Assembly: GCA_051453625.1 (NCBI GenBank)
Contig: JBOZIK010000001.1
Location: forward strand, 48,860,053 to 48,906,805
Source: Welwitschia mirabilis
Taxonomy: Eukaryota
DNA: 46,753 nt
Direction of reading: 5' to 3'
Shown here: piece by piece, positions 25,187 to 35,499 of the stretch
How positions within the stretch are numbered: the stretch's first letter is position 1
Layout of the letters: every line of letters starts with the position of its first letter
Notes under the pieces: generated by a model
Databases searched by the model: none
What the model was told of the DNA's origin: nothing
Seen by the model: only the letters and a program-made list of their open reading frames with translations
Program-made: the position numbers and the translations under genes

Positions 25187-27720
25187 GTAATGAAATAATT
25201 AGTTTACATTACAATTTATGTTAGTGGTATATAAAGTACAAGCTTACAAACTACAATCACATTTATAATGATTCCAGTAACCTCCCTCAATGATTACCTA
25301 CAAAGCCTCACTTTAGACTTTGTTATTTTATGCCTTTAAACCTATTACACTCCTCTATTTATAACCTATTATACTCCTCTATTTATGAGGCTTCAAATAA
25401 AGACATCCTCTAATATTAAGCTCTTGTATTAGCATATTTGTAACTACCACATAAATGCACTCTAACTCCCTTCTAAAGAAAGCATAGTGTGACTCCCTCC
25501 TAAATACATTGTAACTTCGTTATAAAAAAATCATACTATAACTCCCTTCTAGAGACATTATAACCCTCTTCTAAATAAGGTATAATGTAACTCACATATA
25601 AGTAAATTATACTCTAACTTATTTCAAACATGGTAATTATAATTGGTTGTTTATATTTTCCACATGATACCCCTCATTAATGCAAATTCATTTTAATTTT
25701 ATTTTTCAAGGATGCTCTTGTGTTAAGTAATTAATCAACCATACTATTATGCCAAACTATTCTATCCAAAATATCTTTAATACATTTCCATGAAATAATA
25801 GTGTCAATCTAAGTGTTGTAATATTTCTATGTTTGCACTCTGCTAGTTCATTTTATTATTACATTTTTGGATATAATAGCTAGTGATTAATAAGATAATC
25901 ATAGAATTATCTATTAATAATCCTCCATAATTGTTTGACTAAAAAATTTGACTTTTATATACAATTAAGATTGTTGATATTTACGAAAATTCATAAAACA
26001 CTATGTAAATTCATATTTTTAGTTCAAAGGAAAATATCATGTATATTTATTGCATTAGTTAATAAATATCACATAATATCTATAGTGTTTAAATGAATTA
26101 ACTAGAGCTGATTCCCATGAATCACAATGTAAGTTTAAAAGAGGTTTATCATAGAATTTTTTAAATAATAAAAATGGTAACTCACATGCCTTAACCATTT
26201 AATGACTACTACAAACATTATTGACTTTATCATTTGCACTAGAAATAAAGCTATTCTTCTTTAAAAACATAACTAGTTACATTTCTAGATGTCCATGATA
26301 AGTGTCAAATGTAATCATTAACTAACCAAAACTATGTTCAGGATAGAGCTACCTATTCATTTTTATTTTCTAGCTGCAAGGCATATAGGTTATCGCATGT
26401 GCTACCTGCTGTCATTATTTTCTTACTTTTCCTTTTTTGAATTACAAATCCATCTAAGGAGAAGTTAAATCTATAAGAGTATTTAGATATCATTTGGATA
26501 AAAAGTAAAATATTTTTAGTAAGTTTAGAAATGACCAACACATTATTTAGTTACAACTCTAAATTTCCAACTAATAAAAATGTATGATCAATATGGATAA
26601 TATCTAATGTATGATCCTTGTTGATCATAATGTTTTTGAACCAATATAAGAAGTATAAGTTTTTATCTTACTAAGATATACGGTCATGCATTAAGAAGCA
26701 CTAGTATGAGAGTATTAAGAAGAATCTTTACTATTTAACACTAAAATAGCTATCAAAGCAGTGACCATATCTTTAAGCCAATATGTCTCATTAAAATCAT
26801 GCCAACATCATATGGTTAAATGATTAGGCTTGTTATAAATCTGACACCTAATTTTCTTCTCTTTCTTATATTTATTTTCTTTATTTAATTATTCCTTATT
26901 ACTTGAGAATTTAAACTAAAGTACTTTCTAGGCATTACTAAATGGTGTGCTAAAAACCAACATGTGTAAGACCTCTTTCTTTTGAGATGAAATTTATTTG
27001 ACCTTGGTTACCTTTTCTAATAAAGTTCTTTCCTCTTTCATATCCTTCTAGTTATAAGCTAAAAATCACACATTATGATTAATACCATTAAAACTTCAAG
27101 AATTATGTAGATCATGCATAGTCTCATCAGCTAATGTAGTGGGACAGTTCCATTGTAAGATAGAATGGATAGCTTTAACATAGTTGTCACAAAAAACTCA
27201 CATCCAAACATAAGAACTTTATTATTAATGGACTTGTAAATGATAGCAAATTACCATACTAACTTAAAAAATCATAATGTAATTAGATATATAAGATGAA
27301 CATTTATAATGGAACTTTGGTTAATTTATTAAGTGAAATTCGTTTTCCTATGTATCTTAAGCAATGAATTAAACAAAGTACTCCATACTTTAAAAATTAT
27401 TTTCATTCTTATGATTAGGCTAAGAACTTCCTTTATTAAAGTTCCTTTTATCCATCCATGAAGTTGTTATCTCAATTTCTTCCAAATAACATAATTTGGA
27501 TTTCCATTAATGACTTTGAAAATGTATTGAATCTCAATTAAGTTCATGATGTACATTTTCCATAATCGGAAATTTGTTTGTGTCAACTTAAATTATTCTA
27601 CATTCAATGATGAGATATACGGATACTTCATAGAAGACATCGCTATTGTGGTAGCCATAGTTATTATTTAAAAAAAAAATATTACAATTCTTTTTTGAAG
27701 AATTCTAATATGATATTCTT
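25187..27720 (-). mobile_element. Ale/RE1-type Copia element, internally deleted (most of INT and RT missing)
   Basis: gag ATG at 27658 (MATT..KYPYISSLNV..KLTQTNFRLWK..GWIKGTL), Zn knuckle CQIYNKPNH..CW (~26800-26850), protease (~26690), integrase KPLLNLHCDSW (~26120-26150), RNase H remnant (~25730-25860), PPT TGAGGGG (~25670), LTR ~25187-25665 with ~25-bp TAACTCCCTTCTA repeats. Confidence 0.8.
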
Positions 27721-28299
27721 TTTAATATCATAAAAAAATTTTTATGTCAAAACTCTTCCCACTTCATGTTTAGAGAGATATTTCATAATTAAATAAGCAA
27801 GATTATAGATGCCTATGGAATTGTTTCTATAATATCATTGTAGAAAAGTAATTTCAATAAGGCATGTTACATTTTGTTTATAGAAGGAACATGAACGAGA
27901 AATTTGATGAATGGAATTTCTAGAATAAGTCCTTTCTAGATCTAAAATATCAATTAGCTCTAATTCACTAGCATCAACTCCTTTTTTAACACTTCCCTTG
28001 ATTTAGAGATCTAGTAAAGACATCATAAACTTCTACAAGAGTACATTGAGCATTTCTGATGTAGCATTACTTTTTAAAATCTTATGGATTTGAGCTTTTG
28101 ATAATAGTAAGCATTTCATGAAAAGTTTCAAACCATGAAATAACATTTTTTTGATTTTAAAAGCCTATGTATGTTAATTTTGAACATTGAATTATTCATT
28201 GTAAAAGATGAACGTTGGAAGATGAATTTGTAACTTTTTAATAACTACACTATAAAAGGGTGAAGTTGCCATGAAAAAATGAAAAATTGATAGATAATG

Positions 28300-28530
28300 A
28301 TTTGTGTGAAATCTAATAAATAGATGAATATGGAAGTTTTAGTATAAGTCAGCTGTGATAATATCTCTTTATGATATTTTTCATTATTATGATCTTTGCT
28401 TTGTAAAAGATATAGAGTTAAATCTGTCTTCTAGAGAACTATGTTTGAGAGATTAATTCTACTTATAGTAGATGTTGATTTCCTTAAAAAAAGAAAATTC
28501 ATTCTCTAAGTGATGAAAATTTTAGAGCAA
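28300..28530 (+). mobile_element. Possible hAT transposase C-terminal relic
   Basis: Weak motif HSLSDENFRA (~28500-28530) preceded by an ER.FS-like segment; very degenerate. Confidence 0.25.
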
Positions 28531-30344
28531 AGAAAACATAGTCTTAATCCTAATTATAATTTAAATTTTAAGCAGAGCTAAATGAAAGAATTTGTGACAA
28601 TGGAGGTAGGCATCATCAGGCCTCTGTAATCTCTAATGTCATTTGTTTCTTAAATTGAAATGTTATTTCCTTTTTTAAAAAAATTATAGTTTACCTTTAG
28701 TTCAAAACTAAGCATAACTCTTATAGTTGAAACTGAAGCAAGATTAAACCTGATTAAAGTTTGAAATTATTATATCTGATATTATTTTCTTTCTTAAATT
28801 AAAAATTCATTAATCTCAGTTATTATGTCTTGGAGTCTAAAGTCAACAAAAATGACTAAAAGTTATAAAACCTTTTTCTTCCCATTCCTTAAGGCTTCAC
28901 CACTATATTGGAACTAACGTAATTTCAAAACATTAAAGGGCTACACACATGATCTTTAGTTAGACCATAATACAACATTGTCTAATNNNNNNNNNNNNNN
29001 NGAAATGATTGTGATTCTTGCTTCCTTTTTTTTTTTTTTTTTATTTAGGCTACCTAGGATTGTTTCATGATAATAGTCACTTCCTATGCTTAAGAGAAGA
29101 AGCATTTGATTATAATTTTATTCTCTTCTAAATCACTATACTATAGTAATTGTTGTATGATTGGTTCTAAATGTATAACAAGGAAGCATTTGAACTTCCC
29201 TCTAGTGCTTAAGAAAGAATGACATTAGGGTTTCCTTATATTGCAACTAATAGCCCTAGTTTATTTTTAAAATTTCTTTCTCTAAATTAGTAGCTAGCAT
29301 ATTACTTATATTTCAAGGAGCACATTCTATAGCACAAGGCGAATATCAGGCTTTTTTTTTTTCCCTCAACTCATGGCATGGACTTATAAGATGTAATCTA
29401 AGGAAATAGTTCTAGCTTTACCTAAGAAACTAGAAGAAAAAGATGTTAAAAATTCTGATGTTATATTTCCTTTCAAATCCAAGTCTCAATCTCAAGTTCA
29501 TGACCTTTAATAATAAAAGAATCTTATGGATGCTTATGGAGCCGAGATCCCAACTAAAGCTATCTATAACTCATAAAGTTATAATATTATAAATCCTTAA
29601 AATCATTCATGATTACTTTTATTATTTAATCTAAAATTACTTTGATATAAGTTACTAGTTAAACATTTAACATTATTTGTTCTTACGTTTCCTTTATCAA
29701 AAAAACTTTATGTTCATTAACAAAAAGGCCTAGTTTGTTCTAGTAGGCTTAACAAATATCAACATTTCTTTCATGCATATATCTTAAAAAGAGAATCATA
29801 TTAAATTCTCTTTATTATTTACTATGTTCATTTCCATTACTCTTCTTACATTTCCTTATATTTTCTAACATAAACTACAAAACAAGAATATTTCATGGAT
29901 TACACCCTTGTTATGGAATCAAGTTGATTTCTCAAATGAAAAAGTAGGTTGGACTTTAAGCCATCGATTGTTTATAAAGCTTTAAAGAGTATTAGCAATA
30001 AATACCTGGAGTTGAGTACATGACATTCTTTAGGGAATAATAGTAATATCAAAAGCATTTTTAATAGGCTACAACTTGATCATTCTAGCATCCATTAAAA
30101 CTTTTTTTTTTTTTGAATTATAAGCAAGTTAGAAATACATGTGTAATTTCAATTTTTAGAGATATAAATAGGATAGCAATAGAATTTCTTATTTCTTAAT
30201 GACTAATATAATAAAAACGTAGTTTTTTAGAGGGGATGTTGAACTTGAGACTTTAGTGACCATATGTCCCCTGAAAAGTGCAGTCACTATGATTACCTAA
30301 AATGAATGACCTAATTATCTCCAAGGCCTCAGTTATGCTAAGAA

Positions 30345-30411
30345 GCGCAAAGGTTTAAACCCATGACCTCTTGAATGGAGGACAAGTGTCCCACCAATTA
30401 GACTACTCACC
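30345..30411 (-). mobile_element. tRNA-derived SINE head or tRNA pseudogene, most like tRNA-Gly(TCC)
   Basis: Minus strand GGTGAGTAGTCTAATTGGTGGGACACTTGTCCTCCATTCAAGAGGTCATGGGTTTAAACC has A box TAGTCTAATTGG, an anticodon-like arm CTTG..TCC..CAAG and a CpG-decayed B box GGTTTAAACC. The acceptor stem does not pair. Confidence 0.6.
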
Positions 30412-30776
30412 ATTGGCATTAATAATATTACTTTTAGATTAGAACCCAAAGAAAGAAAATGTGGTTGGAGGTGAATCATCTTCTTTAAGTTATAGAACAC
30501 AAATGTAATGGATAGGTAGCATCTCAATAGTACCTTATATTGATGAAACCTTGGGTTAAGAAAATATTCATGAAGGTGGTCATAGTAATAGCTATGGTCA
30601 TCGTGGTCTAGTACAAAATGGAAGCCTAGCTTATTATGCTTTTTGTCATGGACTAGTTATAACTAAAAACTTAACATGAAATGAAAGTTGCAAATAATTC
30701 ATGATCTCACCAGTCATGTTGTGAGTCGCTTTACTAGAAATTTCTACAAATATTAGTTTTAAAGGGCTAATATTAT

Positions 30777-31052
30777 AGATTGGGTTTTAGTTGTAAACTT
30801 GTAGTCTTTCCTTTGATCTTTCTTTTAGTTCCCACCACTTTTAGACCATAGGCGTGTGGCGTAGTTTCTCATGACTTATTATAGAACATCCATTATGTAA
30901 TACCATTCACTATTGCAGATTGGGTTTTAGTAGTAAACTTGTAGCCTTTTCTTTGATCTTTCTTTTAGTTTCCACCACTTTTAGACCATAGGCAAATGGT
31001 GTAGTTGGTCATGACTTATTATAGAACATCAACTAAATAATTCCATTCACTA
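30777..31052. repeat. 140-bp tandem duplication (2 copies)
   Basis: TGGGTTTTAG at 30781 and 30921, with high identity through ...CCATTCACTA. Lies downstream of the minus-strand gene. Confidence 0.95.
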
Positions 31053-31380
31053 CAGAGGGGAGATGATAGAAATTCCTTTCACACAAGAAAAGTCGAGTTT
31101 TTCATAATCAAGCAAACATATGATTTGGCATTCAAAACCATGCTACATAAAGCATGGTCCATTACTGCATAGACCGGTGACAAGCACACAGCAAACCCAT
31201 GAGTTAAGGCTAAATCTTAGCGTAGGCAAACTATTGCAGAGCATGACCAAGAGAATGATATCTTATTTATTTCACAAAAGAACCAATCAGCCAACCAATC
31301 AATCAATGAAAAAATAAACTAACGACACAATTGACGAGCTTTCAAAGCATGAAAAGTGCTGACGTGGAAATGGAGGGCAT

Positions 31381-31880
31381 TCACCTGAAACCGCGTCGCA
31401 GGTCCCGGTGAGCAAAGGCCATCTCTGCGACGGCTCGGCGACCGCCGCGCAGAGACGTCGGCGGAGAGGCGTTCTCCACCTCAGCACGACGACGCTGCTC
31501 TGTCACTTCCACGTTCGCAACCTGCGCACAGCAAATGGAGCTTCATTTCTCTCTTTCCTCCGTTGATATCCATTCTCAATTACTAAAGACAAGCTTCATT
31601 TCGTTCTTTCATTCATTGATTTCGTTGATGTTAGGGTTGATATCCATCCTGACTTCTCAATTACGAAATATGAATAAATGAGAGAAGAGGCACATACGAA
31701 TTCCGGGGAGTCGAAGAGATTAGAGATGTCTCGGAGAGGCGAGCGCGGATCGCCGTTGAAGGAAATGTCTGACTGTGGATGCGGATCCGGATCCCCTTCT
31801 GTCGATGCGCCATTCGCGTTCGCAGTGCGCGACGACGGCGTTGAAATGCTTTCTACTTCGAATCCTTTTGCCGACGCCAT
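31381..31880 (-). CDS. Small two-exon gene (31880-31698, 31521-31381), 107 aa, with a D-box and a C-terminal FR tail; UVI4/OSD1-like motif layout
   Basis: CpG-rich island. Phase-0 intron GTATGT...TGCGCAG (31697-31522). Spliced product: MASAKGFEVESISTPSSRTANANGASTEGDPDPHPQSDISFNGDPRSPLRDISNLFDSPEF/VANVEVTEQRRRAEVENASPPTSLRGGRRAVAEMAFAHRDLRRGFR*. Confidence 0.75.
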
Positions 31881-31895
31881 CGCATTCGCATTCTC

Positions 31896-32090
31896 TTTGA
31901 ATTGTTGAGAGTTCAGTGAATGAACTAGCGAAACCAGAAGATAAATCGGATGGTTGGACAACCGTTGAGAGTCGAGAGAGCGAAGAGGCGGTAAATATTT
32001 CAAAGAAAAGAGAAGAAACGAATGAATTGCACATGTATCGTATGAATGACGTATCCATTCTCCACTCTCCACTGTCCAACGGTCGTTAAT
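31896..32090 (-). promoter_or_regulatory. Putative G2/M promoter with MSA and CHR-like elements
   Basis: TCCAACGGTC (32075-32084) is a full match to the MSA consensus YCYAACGGYY; CTCAACGGTT is on the minus strand at 31960-31969; TTTGAA occurs at 31896-31901 (+) and 31999-32004 (-). Confidence 0.6.
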
Positions 32091-32402
32091 TCGTCCTTGT
32101 CCATGTAATTAATTACTATTTAACAACTTCAATTATCTATTTCCCGACTTCATTTTGAATGCTCATCGTATTGTGTATCATTAACAAATTAGAGTTGTAT
32201 GAACCCCATAGCCATATGTAGGAATAATGCCTTGAATTATTCTCTGTTTTTTAGAATCATAGATCAAAGAGCTCAAATCCTCCATGGTAATAAGGAAATA
32301 TGATAATGGATCACTTCTCGACGGACAATCATTGGGTGAAAATAATCATAAACCTGTTAATCTAAAATTAATAAAAATTTTATACTTTTATAACACTGCT
32401 AA

Positions 32403-32442
32403 AGTTTTCATTATTAATGATTAGTTTTCATTATTAATGATT
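32403..32442. repeat. 20-bp perfect tandem duplication
   Basis: AGTTTTCATTATTAATGATT x2. Confidence 0.95.
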
Positions 32443-32652
32443 ATGAAAGTTCATCTACTTTGAAACCTCATCCACAAAGAATTAGTCTACAGCAGAAAAC
32501 ACACTACTTTTTTCTTATTTCAAATCAATTTGATTTATGACTGAATGAATAATTTCATGCACATAAAGTATGTAATCAATGACATTCCTTCTTATTACAA
32601 AACCTCCTTAGTCTAAACTAATAATTTCTTGAAGCAGAAATGCTCCTCTATT

Positions 32653-32742
32653 TCCCATAAATTTTCAAATGGTCTTACAAGCCACAGTACAAAGACGTCC
32701 CATAAATTTTCAAATGATCTTATAGGCAACAGTATAAAGACG
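32653..32742. repeat. 45-bp tandem duplication
   Basis: TCCCATAAATTTTCAAAT...AAAGACG x2 with a few substitutions. Confidence 0.92.
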
Positions 32743-32999
32743 AATTAGCATAAAGCCTTGACCTTGCTTATTGTTAGTACCTTTGTAAGGATAGTAATCT
32801 AAGTATCATTTAGGCTTTGCTTTGATTTATCATTCTCCCAAAACTTGTGTTAATAATATCCTTCTTAATAACATCCTAGTGGTGCTTGAAAAAGTCTATA
32901 AGAAAGCCAATAGGTCCAAGTGTCTTATTATTAAAAACACTAAATATAGCCCCCTTGATCTCTTTATTTATAGGATAGGAATTGAGAGTATCTAAGATA

Positions 33000-34800
33000 G
33001 CTATAGATAATCTTCTGTTAATAACATGAATGATCCTGTTCACATTTTATACCTACCTACTAATTATGAGCTAAAAGTTTCTAATAAAAGCTTAGAAAAA
33101 TGTTTTGAATGTGATTTAAATTAAAGACTATTTCATCATTATCATCACTAAGACATTTGATGGTGATTTAATTTTCTCACAGATGTATATGGGTGAAATA
33201 ACTAACTACTTTTATCCTCAAACCTAAGATAACTATTTTTTCCTCCTTTGAAACTAATATTATCTCTCCCATTACCATAGGTGAAAGTAATATCCAAATC
33301 ATTTCCTTTTTTAAGATTTGGAGTGATCATCTAAATGTTGATATTCTTAATCCTCTTTAGATCTTTTAATACAAGAAACTTTTTTTTTTTTTGGTTGGAT
33401 ATTACTTTGATCTACCATTTTAAATAACTCATCTATATNNNNNNNNNNNNNNNNNNNNNNNNNNNNNNNNNNNNNNNNNNNNNNNNNNNNNNNNNNNNNN
33501 NNNNNNNNNNNNNNNNNNNNNNNNNNNNNNNNCTTCTTTCTTAGTCCTTCATCCATTCATCCTGAATAATATGTCCCACTTTATTAAAATCAAATTATCC
33601 ATTCTTCAAATGAAACATGAACTTGGAAAAAATATTGATAAAGGTTTGTAGCAAAATAAGTTAATGATTCCATTCAAATTTAACAAAGTCCCTAATTAAA
33701 AAAAATTGTAAAAAGACTAACCAAGCATCATTACAGAGAAATCTTTTTAACTCACATGCAATGGATGCATCATCTTTTATATCATACATCCATATGAAAA
33801 CACCATCATGAATAAGAATGTCACTTAAACCTAACTTGATAATGATATCCCTAAAAATGACATTAATAAAATTTCATGGCTAATCAACACTTTTCTTAAA
33901 ATGATGTACGATGTCATTAAAGTCATCTACAATAACAAAGAAATATTAATGTTCAATATATATGTCTTTATACCTTTCCAAAAGGATTCATGATCCTTTG
34001 GATGAGAAGAAACATATCCATTTAGAAAAATCCAAGCATGATAGCTACGGATGTAAAGAATAATTAAATCTCTACAAGCCCAAAGAAGATCTACTTTTTA
34101 GTTTTCTTCTAAATTATAAGTAACTTATTTAATCAACCAATATAGTTAATAGACATATTTTCCATATACAAAAAGTTAATAATAGAATTAGTTTTTGTGT
34201 TCTTTATTTTTTTCCTTAGAGATGCATAAAATTAGTCTTATAAGTTATAAATGATCTCTTAATAATATCTTGATGTGAGGTATTTGAACATTCCTCACAT
34301 TCTAGCTTATGATCCTCATAGAGCTATGGAGAATGAGTATCCTCTTTATTTTTAAACATAATATGAGAGTCTTCTATTGACATCATGACTCTATTTGCAA
34401 TGCATTTACTATCCAAATTTTATAAATCTAGTTTTACCCAAATGTATGTCATTAATGGATCATTCAACTTCCTCCATAGGAAAAGATTTGTATGTCTCCT
34501 CTTGATGATCTTAATCTTCCAATGATAAATCTACACCTATATAAGAAGTTGCAGAATTTATGATGACTTGGTAATTTTAATCATCTTATATTTATAAGTC
34601 AACAACATCTTTAGGTTGTATTTTCTCTTAACAATATCTTTATATTGCTTAACTACTAGCTTTGATTTCTTATTCTTAACTAGTAAAGCCATTTTTTCAT
34701 ATCTATGTTCCAAATATTCCATGTGTAATTATTGCTTGAAACCTCTTAATGAAAAAGAAATTATTTCATTTAAAATTTTTAAAAATATGTAGATCTTAAT
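33000..34800 (-). mobile_element. Probable Mutator-like (MULE) transposase relic
   Basis: Frameshifted minus-strand motifs in MuDR order: IQPKDVVD (~34600), then HCK..MSIEDSHI.FKNK.IL (~34340-34405), resembling CRPVISIDGTHL.GKY.G.LL. No TIRs identified. Confidence 0.4.
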
Positions 34801-35499
34801 ATTCTGAGTCATTAGAAATATCTTGAATATTTTATAATAAATTCATCCCTAAAGGTCAAATTGCAAACTAATAATAAGCCTAATAATTAAAATTCATGTC
34901 ATTAGAATAATGTCATACCGCTTTATTTCTTGCTACATAAATATTAAATTCCTCAAGGAACTGATAAAAGCTAGATTTTGAGAAAAAAGAAATTACGTAA
35001 AACTTTTCAAAAATATAAACATTAACTTTGTAAGTCTAATTATTGAAAAGCTTGAGAACTTAAAAAAAAACACTAAAGAGTTTAGTCGTAAACTATTAAA
35101 TAATGTTAAAATTGATTTAAAATATTTACTTCTAGATGTTTTTATTCTAAAACTTTGTGGTGTAAAATTGACCTTTTATATGTTCTAACAAAGAACATCT
35201 CTATTATTTTGCCACATTTCCTCACTGTTATATCAAGTTTGCTAATTACTTCACAATCTTGATCACTTCACCATGCATGTAAATGTGAAATTATGCTTTC
35301 TAAAATTTGTAAAAATTAATTTCCTATTAATTTTTGGTTGCATATGTGATTTTTAAGTAATTCCAACTCTATTTCTTGACAAAAATTCCTTGAATCATCT
35401 AAATAGTATTTTTGTTTATGGTAGTTTCCACCCATAATTCTTTCAAAATGAAACTTTTGTTTTGTTTTCAACATGAAGTAAAGCTTTTATAAGGCTTTT

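Noticed and set aside
30231-30300. Second SINE-like B box
   Set aside because: Only a weak partial match, with no A box.
31381-31880. Naming the gene OSD1, UVI4 or PATRONUS
   Set aside because: Only the motif layout is shared; it is much shorter and lacks the LPSWYPRTPL context and the MR tail.
31596-32079. 158-aa and 119-aa unspliced minus-strand ORFs and the 76-aa plus-strand ORF
   Set aside because: They run through promoter, UTR and intron or are antisense shadows; the spliced MASAK model explains the GC-rich exons better.
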